This document shows positions 1-7,766 of a stretch of 15,293 bases of DNA, one piece after another. Under the pieces are notes generated by a model, which saw only the letters and a program-made list of their open reading frames with translations, was not told the origin of the DNA and did no database searches. Every line of letters starts with the position of its first letter. The stretch's first letter is position 1. Where the stretch lies: assembly GCA_038893995.1 (NCBI GenBank), contig JAWAQK010000054.1, positions 1-15,293 of the forward strand, written 5' to 3'. The DNA comes from Candidatus Thorarchaeota archaeon. Its GTDB lineage: Archaea; Asgardarchaeota; Thorarchaeia; Thorarchaeales; Thorarchaeaceae. Position numbers and translations under genes: made by a program.

Positions 1-1
1 G

Positions 2-1042
2 ATTCGGAGAAGCATCTACATGACGCTGTTGATAGTGGCTGTAGTATGCTTCAACTTCTTCCTCTTCAGGATCCCTACAATCCTCTGGGGCATTAGTCCA
101 GTGGAGCTGATGATCAGCGACGAGATGCGTAGAAACCTGACCGAGCAGACCCTGAATGAACTCTATGAGAGATTTGGTCTGGTTCCTAACCCGGATGCCT
201 ACCAATACTTTGTCATCTTCTGGAGATACATTGTCAGCATGTTCACCGGGAACTTCGGCATTTCGTTCAATAGCCAGAAGCCTGTCATCGATGAGATTGT
301 GTCACGCCTTCCGAACACGCTTCTCCTGATGGGCACATCATCCGTGCTCTCCATCATTATAGGCATCTGGAGTGGCGTCCGTGTTGCAGCAGCACCAGGA
401 ACAAAGAAGGATGTGACAGCGGTGACGGTTGCACTCTTCATCTATGCTCTTCCGATATTCTGGCTGGGTATGGTGCTGCTGATGATATTCTCGTATTACC
501 TGCCGAATCTCACCAACAGCCTGTTTGGCGTCCGAATAGGCTTCCCGCTGGGCAATACGATCGATCCAGAAGTGTGGACCCTGGCAGGCCGTAGTCTCTT
601 TGGCCCCTTCATACTTGCAGCAGACATTCTTCGACACCTGATCCTGCCTATGGTCACTCTTGGCATAGGAGGTTATGGTGGTTACTTCCTATACATGAGG
701 AATAACTTGATCGACGTGATGACAGAGGACTATATTCTCACAGCCAGGGCAAAAGGTCTTGATGAAGCCCAAGTGCTCTACAAGCACGGTATGAAGAACG
801 CCATGCTCCCAATGGTCACAATCATCGCGATGACATTTGGCTTCCTGATAAACGGAGCCACACTTACAGAAACGGTGTTCACGTGGGACGGCCTGGGACG
901 GTACATCTACCGTAGCCTGACTCTGCTTGACTACCCAGTTGTGCAGGCAATCTTCATGATAATCGCCATAACCGCAGTGCTTGCCAACTTCGTAGCTGAT
1001 CTCTTGTACGGTGTACTCGACCCTAGGATCAAGTACACGTAA
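2..1042 (+). CDS. dppB: ABC peptide/nickel transporter permease (DppB/OppB family), 5'-truncated by the window edge
   Basis: Motifs GNFGISF, RLPNTLLL, HLILPMVTL, EAA-loop EDYILTARAKGL, TETVFTWDGLG and C-terminal DLLYGVLDPRI. The frame is open upstream of ATG 20 (IRRSIY), matching the usual N-terminal 'RR' motif, so the true start is probably outside the window. Confidence 0.93.
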   Translation: MRRSIYMTLLIVAVVCFNFFLFRIPTILWGISPVELMISDEMRRNLTEQTLNELYERFGLVPNPDAYQYFVIFWRYIVSMFTGNFGISFNSQKPVIDEIVSRLPNTLLLMGTSSVLSIIIGIWSGVRVAAAPGTKKDVTAVTVALFIYALPIFWLGMVLLMIFSYYLPNLTNSLFGVRIGFPLGNTIDPEVWTLAGRSLFGPFILAADILRHLILPMVTLGIGGYGGYFLYMRNNLIDVMTEDYILTARAKGLDEAQVLYKHGMKNAMLPMVTIIAMTFGFLINGATLTETVFTWDGLGRYIYRSLTLLDYPVVQAIFMIIAITAVLANFVADLLYGVLDPRIKYT

Positions 1043-1100
1043 CCGGCAGTCCCTGAGGTCAGTGATGGTACTCCTCGCATTCTCTCGTGAACCGCGAGAA

Positions 1101-1139
1101 ACAGGGTGGCTGACACGCTGCTGCTGTGTCACGCCCTGT
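1101..1139 (+). other. Strong RNA hairpin in the dppB-SBP intergenic region (terminator, stability element or ncRNA domain)
   Basis: ACAGGGTG (1101-1108) pairs with CGCCCTGT (1132-1139), with one G-U. TGACAC (1111-1116) pairs with GTGTCA (1126-1131). Confidence 0.55.
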
Positions 1140-1329
1140 ACTTGTGGTCTTCCATGCCCAGTTGTCAAACTTGTCGGCGGGATTTTCACTCGGCCATAAT
1201 GAGACCCCTACCGCGCGGGCCTCCACTGACTTGATCTCGGATCACAGGTGCATGCAACTATGGCGCTAATCGATTTCTGACTGTCTTGACGATGGTGCAT
1301 GTACCCTTGCCAGTACGTTCATCATAATG

Positions 1330-1337
1330 TTTTTATC
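1330..1337 (+). promoter_or_regulatory. Putative archaeal TATA box of the substrate-binding protein gene
   Basis: TTTTTATC upstream of an SD-like GGAAGGAG and ATG 1394. Confidence 0.5.
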
Positions 1338-1393
1338 ACGCCTCTGTGAACAAGGCACGGTCCGACCTAGACTCGGAAGGAGATAGAGAGAAG

Positions 1394-3211
1394 ATGAATG
1401 GATCGAAGAAGAGAGAGATAGTTGTCATTGGGTTCGTGACTGCTATCGTTCTCATGGTCTCGTCTCCGCTCCTCGTATCGGCACAGAGCTTCAACTTCGG
1501 CCTGCACGAGGGTCCTTTTGTTGACGAGATTACCTACAAGGTCATCAGCAACCGAGACGCAGCAGTACTGAGCCTGATCAACGATGACATCGATCTCATC
1601 GGCGACATGGTTGATCCGACATTCCTGTCACAATTGCAGAATGCGCCCAACATAGAGGTGGCCAATGTTCTTCGGAATGGGTACGGATACGTCACAATAA
1701 AGACAAACAAGTACCCGCTGAACATAACAGCCTTCAGAAGGGCACTGGCCTTCGCGCTCGACAAGGAGAGGATCTCCGCTGAGGTATGGAATGGGCTATC
1801 GGTACCTCAGGACTCTGTGGTCCCGCAGGTCAACCCATTCTCGATTGAGGGACAGATGCCCTACACATATCACGCAGCAAATGTTGAGCTTGGAAACCAA
1901 CTGCTCGACAATGCTGGGTTCAATGACGTAGACGTAGATGGCTGGAGAGAGGCTCCAAACGGGCAGCCATTCAGCATAACTGTGGAGTGTGCTATCACCT
2001 CGCCGATTGCGACTCAAGTCGGAGAGATTGTTGCACAGGCTCTGAGAGCTCTGAAAGTGAACGCCATCTCGAAGCCAACTGACTTCTACGAGTACCTCAA
2101 CCGGTTGTACTTCCACGGTGACTACGACATAGTGTTCCTGGGCGCGAGCTTCAACAACATGGATGTCGACTGGCTTGCCTACGAGTACTGGGGCGAATAT
2201 GCTGATCGTCCGTACTACAACTTCCCATGCTGGCGCAACGCGTCCTATGACGCCTGGAGACCACAACTCCTGTACTCCACGGAGTTCGAGGATGTGCTAG
2301 AAGCGGCACACGAGATGCAGAAGATCTGGATCTACGAATCCCCGATGATCATCTGCTACGAGAACATCCTGCTGTCCGCCTACCGAACTGACAGGTTCGC
2401 GGGTTACGTCAACGATGTGAGCGGAGGTGTGCCTGGCTGGTGGACGAACTTCAAGGTGCATCTGACGGGTACATCCGGTCCGTTCGGAGGCAACTTCAGG
2501 TGGAGTAATCCTCTTGACCTGGACACCTTCAACTTCATGGTCAGCTCGTCCGCCTACACGATGAACGTACTGGGCATGATGTATGACAGCCTCCTCATCC
2601 AGGACCCAACCGGTCTTGACATCCCGTGGCTGGCAGAGTCGTACGTCGCCGAAACGCATGAGGACAACCCCCAGGTCCCAGAGGGACACACCAGATTCAC
2701 GTTCCATATAGTCCAAAACGCCACGTGGACAGATGGGACGCCGCTGACTGCAGAGGATGTCGCCTTCTCCCTGAACTACTTCAGGGATGCGCCAGGTTGT
2801 CCGTACGGAGTCGACCTTGCTGATGTAACAGCCGCATATGCCCCGACTGCATACACACTCGTCGTTGAGTTCAAGAGCCAGTCCTACTGGCACCTCCACA
2901 GCGTGTCGTACAAGCCCGTCATTCCAAAGCACATCTACGAGGAGATCGGGCCTGACAACTGGAACACATACAACCCCCACCCACCAGCAGAGGCAATGGT
3001 CACCTCTGGACCATTCAATGTCTCTCAGTACGTCCAGGGTGAGTTCTGCAAGCTGAGGGTGAACATCAACTACTTCCACAGCCCGAGATCCACGATCGCG
3101 CCAGTTGGAGGTATCTCTCTCGACACGACCGTGTTGAGCGCCATAGCTGGCGTTGTCGGTGCAGTCGTAGTCATAGTCATCGGCGGATACCTGGTGATGC
3201 GCAAGCCATAG
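1394..3211 (+). CDS. ABC peptide-binding protein (SBP family 5, DppA/OppA-like), circularly permuted, with signal peptide and C-terminal membrane anchor
   Basis: Motifs FRRALAFALDK, LLDNAGF, PWLAESY, WTDGTPLTAEDVAFS and TSGPF. N-terminus KKR + hydrophobic stretch + VSA|Q; C-terminal TM followed by RKP. ATG 1394 preferred over GTG 1346 because of the SD and signal peptide position. Confidence 0.92.
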   Translation: MNGSKKREIVVIGFVTAIVLMVSSPLLVSAQSFNFGLHEGPFVDEITYKVISNRDAAVLSLINDDIDLIGDMVDPTFLSQLQNAPNIEVANVLRNGYGYVTIKTNKYPLNITAFRRALAFALDKERISAEVWNGLSVPQDSVVPQVNPFSIEGQMPYTYHAANVELGNQLLDNAGFNDVDVDGWREAPNGQPFSITVECAITSPIATQVGEIVAQALRALKVNAISKPTDFYEYLNRLYFHGDYDIVFLGASFNNMDVDWLAYEYWGEYADRPYYNFPCWRNASYDAWRPQLLYSTEFEDVLEAAHEMQKIWIYESPMIICYENILLSAYRTDRFAGYVNDVSGGVPGWWTNFKVHLTGTSGPFGGNFRWSNPLDLDTFNFMVSSSAYTMNVLGMMYDSLLIQDPTGLDIPWLAESYVAETHEDNPQVPEGHTRFTFHIVQNATWTDGTPLTAEDVAFSLNYFRDAPGCPYGVDLADVTAAYAPTAYTLVVEFKSQSYWHLHSVSYKPVIPKHIYEEIGPDNWNTYNPHPPAEAMVTSGPFNVSQYVQGEFCKLRVNINYFHSPRSTIAPVGGISLDTTVLSAIAGVVGAVVVIVIGGYLVMRKP

Positions 3212-3225
3212 TCCAAGGGTAAATT

Positions 3226-3260
3226 GAGGGGACAGCTGTCCCCTCCTATTGTTTCTCGTT
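3226..3260 (+). terminator. Putative terminator: perfect 20-bp palindrome followed by a T-rich tract
   Basis: GAGGGGACAG|CTGTCCCCTC (3226-3245) 14 bp after the SBP stop, then CTATTGTTTCTCGTT. Confidence 0.6.
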
Positions 3261-3275
3261 ATTGCGCTGATGCTC

Positions 3276-3287
3276 TGATATTTATCA
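3276..3287 (+). promoter_or_regulatory. Putative TATA box within a palindrome upstream of the presenilin-like gene
   Basis: TGATA-TT-TATCA containing TTTATC about 40 bp before GTG 3322. Confidence 0.4.
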
Positions 3288-3321
3288 TGAGAGTTGCAAG
3301 CTGCTTCTCCAGTGAGCTCGC

Positions 3322-4194
3322 GTGGGACGACACACCAGTAACAGGATAGACGCCCTCTTACTCTCTGCATCCCCCCTAGCCATAGGTTCTCTGATTGCCG
3401 CAGGGATAAGGAACTCCTCCTACCTGGCACAGATAGTATCCGCATCATACTTGCTTACAGCGTCTGATGTCGTCATACAGTCGACAGGATCCGTTATCCT
3501 TGGTGGCCTGGTGGTCTTGGCCCTCTTTTGGCTGCTCAAGAAGTCTGGTTACCGTGGAAGGCTATTGATGACAGCTCTCCTGGTTTCACCATTGCTCGCA
3601 TTCACCTCAATATTCATCGGCCAGCTGATGTTGCTCATTCTGTTCCAAGGTTCCACGGGGATACTGCAGGGAATCGTCATGCTCGTGTCGGTTGGTGTTG
3701 CAATGCTGACTGTAGTACTTGTCGTGGCAGACGCAATCCCCCAGCGATGGAAGAATGTGTTCGTAGGCTTCTACGGGGCAGTATTTGGTACATTCATGGG
3801 TGTGTCAGTCGTGGGACAGAGCGCCGTGTCCGTCATTATCGCTCTTGCGGTGCTAGACCTCACTCTGACACGAAGCTCTCCGGAGGTCGGGTCTCTCTCT
3901 CTGCTCGATAGTCTGGAATCAGACCCCTTCGAATACACTCGCATCGAGTCCGAAACGATTACAGTGGGAGCAGGTGACTTCGTAGCATTCTCCCTGATCT
4001 CTTCACATGCCCTCGTGTTCTATCCCTATTTTGTGTGGGCAATGTCAATGCTGCTTGCCCTGGTGGGAATGTACGTCAACAGCGTGCTTCTGTCACACCG
4101 GAGTGGGATGTTGCCGTCTATTCCCGTGCCGGGCCTCCTGGCAGTGTTTCCCATCATCGTCCACATGAGCAGCCTGTTCTACCTGACGATCTAG
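3322..4194 (+). CDS. Presenilin/signal-peptide-peptidase-like GxGD intramembrane aspartyl protease (MEROPS A22-like)
   Basis: About 9 hydrophobic segments. ALAVLD (D179, YD-motif position), VGAGDFVAFS (D219, cf. presenilin LGLGDFIFYS) and LPSIP (cf. LPALP) occur in the expected order. Confidence 0.8.
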   Translation: MGRHTSNRIDALLLSASPLAIGSLIAAGIRNSSYLAQIVSASYLLTASDVVIQSTGSVILGGLVVLALFWLLKKSGYRGRLLMTALLVSPLLAFTSIFIGQLMLLILFQGSTGILQGIVMLVSVGVAMLTVVLVVADAIPQRWKNVFVGFYGAVFGTFMGVSVVGQSAVSVIIALAVLDLTLTRSSPEVGSLSLLDSLESDPFEYTRIESETITVGAGDFVAFSLISSHALVFYPYFVWAMSMLLALVGMYVNSVLLSHRSGMLPSIPVPGLLAVFPIIVHMSSLFYLTI

Positions 4195-4227
4195 TTTCTG
4201 CTCAGAGCAAAAGGCACTTATCTGACC

Positions 4228-4809
4228 ATGACCAGCAGGCTCCTGATATCAATGATATCAGACCCCCGAACTCAGGATCTAATAGTTGTCACTACTCTCA
4301 TCGCGGCCCTGATCAGCTCAGTAGTCCTGGTTCAGGGTGTGAGTCTATACACGGGGACTATGGCGATGGTCAGTGGGCTCGACGTGGACCTCGAGGGAGT
4401 CACAGTCAGTGACCTTGATCCGGATAACTTCGATCCGGCAAACACTTCGCACGTCCCCCGAGTCCTTCTCGAGTTCCGTATCACAGTTCCTCTGGGGGCC
4501 AGTGGTACAGCATTTATCACCTCCCTCACCGCATCGCTCTTCCTGAATGAGCAAAAGTTTGTCTACGTTCAGAGCCTCTTCACGAACGTTCCAGCTAGTC
4601 TACGAAAGCTCTACGGGGGTTACAACCAGACTCTAGTCATGACTGCAGTCATTTACGAGACTTATGACAAGTTGATCCTTCAGGATGCTCTGCAGTCTGG
4701 ACTGTGGAGATTCAATGTCTCGCTGACGCTGTTCTATCGGGTCTTCGACTCGCGGGCCGACTCAGTGAGGTTCTACCTGTTCGGTTATGAGGGCCTAAAC
4801 CTAGCCTAG
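4228..4809 (+). CDS. Hypothetical protein with one N-terminal membrane anchor and a beta-rich soluble domain
   Basis: 193-aa ORF 33 bp after the presenilin-like gene. Hydrophobic LIVVTTLIAALISSVVLV, then alternating beta-strand patterns. Confidence 0.75.
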   Translation: MTSRLLISMISDPRTQDLIVVTTLIAALISSVVLVQGVSLYTGTMAMVSGLDVDLEGVTVSDLDPDNFDPANTSHVPRVLLEFRITVPLGASGTAFITSLTASLFLNEQKFVYVQSLFTNVPASLRKLYGGYNQTLVMTAVIYETYDKLILQDALQSGLWRFNVSLTLFYRVFDSRADSVRFYLFGYEGLNLA

Positions 4810-4810
4810 G

Positions 4811-5824
4811 TCATCGTCCCATCATCTTCTTGAACTGCGATATCCGCGGGACATCTAGCGGATTCACACCATACATGTCTGCCAGTTCGATTGACATGGT
4901 GTCGAGATGATGGGTGACTGAGAGAACGTCTCGTAGCAGTGAGCCTGTCCCTGATTCCAATACGACTACCTCTAGCCCCTCTTCATCGAATAGGTGCTGA
5001 AGGATATCGCACCGGCGTGCATTTCTGGGGTGATAGAGAGTACTTGTCATGAGCACTGGTGTCATTGCATGCTTGGTGTAGTCGGCTATCGCCTCCAGGT
5101 CGTTATGATTTCCCTCCGGCACCTCGAGATGATAGGCAGCATGCTTTGCGTTCTCGTTGACTTGACACCGTGCTCTGTACGCCACTGGCACAAGATGTTC
5201 TGATCCGATGAATACAGGTAGTCTGTTTCGAACTCTGGCAGCTAGATCTACCGGCGATATCTTAGTCTTTCCCCATTGTTTGGACAAGTCTGCCACGGCT
5301 TTGCCTACTTCCTCCATGTCTTCGCCATCAACCCTGGCAATCTTGGTACAGAGCTGGTATACCGCAGGAAACATCAGAGGAAGCGCAGCCCGAGGCTGCC
5401 AGCCACCAGGAATGAGATGAAGGCGTTTCTTGTCCACCATCTTCTCTAGCTCTCCCCCTGAGGTTATTGCAAAGACGTATGAATCTCGCGCAAGGGCCTC
5501 CTTGACTCCGTTGATGGTTTCCTCAGTGTTTCCGGAGTAGCTAACTGCAATCACAGCCCATTGATGGTCAACGTATCTGGGAAGGGTGTAGTCACTGACG
5601 GTGACAATAGGAATGCTCGACTCGGACTGGACTATTGCCCTGCACATCTGGCCCGCTATCGAGCTCCCCCCCATTCCAAGCAGGCATATGCCCCCGATAT
5701 CCGCGTCGGCGACGACGCTCGCCTCATCGATAAGGGAAGGGCTCAGACACGAGGCCCGGATTACGCTCGGAAAGCTCGTGACCATGCTGCGCATGCTACG
5801 TGTGTCTACACCCTGCAATGTCAT
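4811..5824 (-). CDS. Bifunctional phosphoglucose/phosphomannose isomerase (SIS domain)
   Basis: GMGGS, SYSGNTEET, TSGG, PRAA, ENAK and PEGNHN motifs. ATG 5824 favoured over GTG 5857 because a TATA-like TTTATG overlaps 5857-5862. Confidence 0.9.
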   Translation of the reverse strand: MTLQGVDTRSMRSMVTSFPSVIRASCLSPSLIDEASVVADADIGGICLLGMGGSSIAGQMCRAIVQSESSIPIVTVSDYTLPRYVDHQWAVIAVSYSGNTEETINGVKEALARDSYVFAITSGGELEKMVDKKRLHLIPGGWQPRAALPLMFPAVYQLCTKIARVDGEDMEEVGKAVADLSKQWGKTKISPVDLAARVRNRLPVFIGSEHLVPVAYRARCQVNENAKHAAYHLEVPEGNHNDLEAIADYTKHAMTPVLMTSTLYHPRNARRCDILQHLFDEEGLEVVVLESGTGSLLRDVLSVTHHLDTMSIELADMYGVNPLDVPRISQFKKMMGR

Positions 5825-5939
5825 AGCCGACCTAGTCCTGACCGCCAGGAGTCCCACATAAATGCACCCATCTTTGGTCCAGAAAAGGTATTAGGAGGTA
5901 CACTACAACGGTGACAGGTCTGACCAGAACGGAGATGAT

Positions 5940-6446
5940 ATGATGACTATAGCACGTACAGCAGCGGTCAAGAACATAATCCCTGCCGGAAGCAAGGTCA
6001 AGGAACTCAGGGGAAACCTCAACCGGTTGCTGGCCGAACTCCCGATCTTGATGAGTGAGAGGTTTGGAAATGCAGGTCTCGATGCAGTATCAGAGATCTT
6101 CCGGCGTCTCGGAACGAGGGATGCTGAGGCGATGAAGTCTCGTCTCGGGCTGGGCTCAGGGCTACGAGATGCGCTCGACGCGTGGTTGATAATCGGAAAC
6201 CTACTGGGATCCAAGATCGATGTCCACTGGATCTCTGATGAGCGAGTAGAAACTGAGCACCCATATTGCCCCCAGCACGAGGAGTTCGTGAAGCGTGGAA
6301 AAATATACTGCGACTCAGTCTGCATCCCGTACGTGTCTGCCATTGCCTCCGGTATTGCGCCCAACGTGTCGACAGAGGTCGTCAGAAACGCAGATGAGAC
6401 CCATACCTGTGTAAAGGCGCTTGTACTCCATGGTCATGAGACTTGA
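5940..6446 (+). CDS. Hypothetical protein, ATC-hydrolase/V4R-like fold with conserved Cys (possible ligand- or metal-binding domain)
   Basis: Helical N-terminal half with ERFG, then HPYCP...YCDSVC...TCV. SD-like GGAGATGA before the ATG. Family assignment is by recalled pattern only. Confidence 0.6.
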   Translation: MMTIARTAAVKNIIPAGSKVKELRGNLNRLLAELPILMSERFGNAGLDAVSEIFRRLGTRDAEAMKSRLGLGSGLRDALDAWLIIGNLLGSKIDVHWISDERVETEHPYCPQHEEFVKRGKIYCDSVCIPYVSAIASGIAPNVSTEVVRNADETHTCVKALVLHGHET

Positions 6447-6450
6447 TGGT

Positions 6451-6466
6451 CCCATCACGTGATGGG
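6451..6466. repeat. Perfect 16-bp palindrome immediately after a stop codon
   Basis: CCCATCAC|GTGATGGG, 4 bp after TGA 6446. Confidence 0.6.
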
Positions 6467-6554
6467 CTAATGCTGTTGGCAAGATTCCATAGGACGTACG
6501 ACGATCGGCTAAGAGCCAGTCGAATGACTTAAGAAACACGGGACAATTCGGTCG

Positions 6555-7265
6555 ATGCACGAGATGCTGCGGGCAGTGGTTTTCGACCTGGATGGAACGA
6601 TCTCAGTTCTGACGCTTCCGCTAGAGAAAATGAGACAGGAGACAAAGGCCCATCTCGTCAGACGAGGCCTTCCTCCGAGCATCCTTGACCCCGCAGACGG
6701 GATCACTAGCTCGCTAGTGAAGGCGAAGAGCTACTTTCTCTCCGTTGGAGCATCAGCTGAGGAATGGGCGAGGATCAGTTGTGAGATCAACGAGATGCTC
6801 GATGGCTATGAAAGGAGCGCGGCTTCAGAGGCCACCCTCATAGACGGATCACTTGAGGCAGTTGATAGAATAAGAGGGCTCGGGCTCAAGACGGCGATAC
6901 TGACTAACAGCGGACGCAATGCCGTTCGCATAATCATGCAGAGGATCCCTCTGCACAGACACTTTGATCTCATCTGTACAAGGACTGAGAGTCCCAGTCC
7001 CAAGCCCTTTCCAGGCGGCATCCTGGATGTCCTGTCTCGTCTCCGAGTCCATCCGGCTGAGGCCATCTATGTCGGTGATGCTCGGATTGACGCAGCTGCT
7101 GCCTCGCGGGCCGGCGTCACATTCTGGGGTGTATCAACTGGCGAGACATCCTCAGACACGCTCGTGTCATGCGGCGCTGCACGCGTCTTCAGGTCACTGA
7201 GCGAGGTTGCAGACGCGGTAGAGGCGGCCTTGATGTCTGAGCACAAAAGTAGTGCATCTCCGTGA
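6555..7265 (+). CDS. HAD-superfamily hydrolase, subfamily IA (phosphoglycolate-phosphatase-like)
   Basis: Motif I DLDGT, motif II TNS, motif III KPFP, motif IV VGDARID. Confidence 0.9.
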   Translation: MHEMLRAVVFDLDGTISVLTLPLEKMRQETKAHLVRRGLPPSILDPADGITSSLVKAKSYFLSVGASAEEWARISCEINEMLDGYERSAASEATLIDGSLEAVDRIRGLGLKTAILTNSGRNAVRIIMQRIPLHRHFDLICTRTESPSPKPFPGGILDVLSRLRVHPAEAIYVGDARIDAAAASRAGVTFWGVSTGETSSDTLVSCGAARVFRSLSEVADAVEAALMSEHKSSASP

Positions 7266-7352
7266 TACCTCTGCTGAGAGGACATCGATCTCTCATGCCC
7301 TCTCGACACTGCACAGGTGGCATGTTCCTCCCCCGAGAAGTCATGGTCCGAC

Positions 7353-7482
7353 GTCGAGGAGCGTCCAAAAGGAGTGATTTCGGTTGCTTGAGGAGGAGAG
7401 GATGTGTGCACTTGCTTGCAGGGTTTCAGGAGGATGCTCCATCACTTTGGACGGATGCACTAGGGATGGACGCTCACTCGAC
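7353..7482 (-). ncRNA. Putative small RNA A (about 130 nt) with a 15-bp terminal stem
   Basis: 7353-7367 GTCGAGGAGCGTCCA pairs with 7467-7482 TGGACGCTC-A-CTCGAC. TATA-like TTTAAAA (7505-7511, minus strand) lies at promoter distance. Strand is not certain. Confidence 0.4.
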
Positions 7483-7642
7483 AGGTCCTACACCCATCCA
7501 ATGCTTTTAAAGATTGCTAGTATCACAATGGAAGACCAAACCGTATGCGATTACCGCAACGCCCCCTGACGGAGTTGTAGTATCCGCAATAATCTTGGAC
7601 ATAACAGAATCGGTTAAATACGTTCACTGCGAAGATACTTAT

Positions 7643-7707
7643 AGACCCGGGGACATGTTTACAGAGCGTATCTCTCCTCCTCCTTCCTTGTTCTAGATCC
7701 CCGGGCT
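7643..7707 (+). ncRNA. Putative small RNA B (about 65 nt): terminal stem with CU-rich loop
   Basis: CCCGGGGA (7646-7653) pairs with TCCCCGGG (7698-7705) around a 44-nt loop. TTAAATA at 7614-7620. Confidence 0.4.
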
Positions 7708-7766
7708 CACCACCACGATCAGTTCAGATACACTTATATCCTATCAATAAGTATCATGCATTAATA

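Noticed and set aside
1043-1345. tRNA, SRP RNA, RNase P RNA or known riboswitch in this or other intergenic gaps
   Set aside because: No T-loop GTTCRA cloverleaf, SRP helix-8 motif, RNase P GAGGAAAGTCC or TPP/FMN consensus found by eye.
2297-3448. 383-aa minus-strand ORF, and other long antisense ORFs (689-1189, 1796-2266, 8682-9122, 9355-9774, 9838-10317, 11943-12413)
   Set aside because: They are shadows of well-supported genes on the opposite strand and have no recognisable motifs.
7262-7696. Short ORFs 7262-7510, 7067-7411 and 7514-7696 as genes
   Set aside because: No motifs, atypical composition, and they overlap TATA-like boxes and stem elements.
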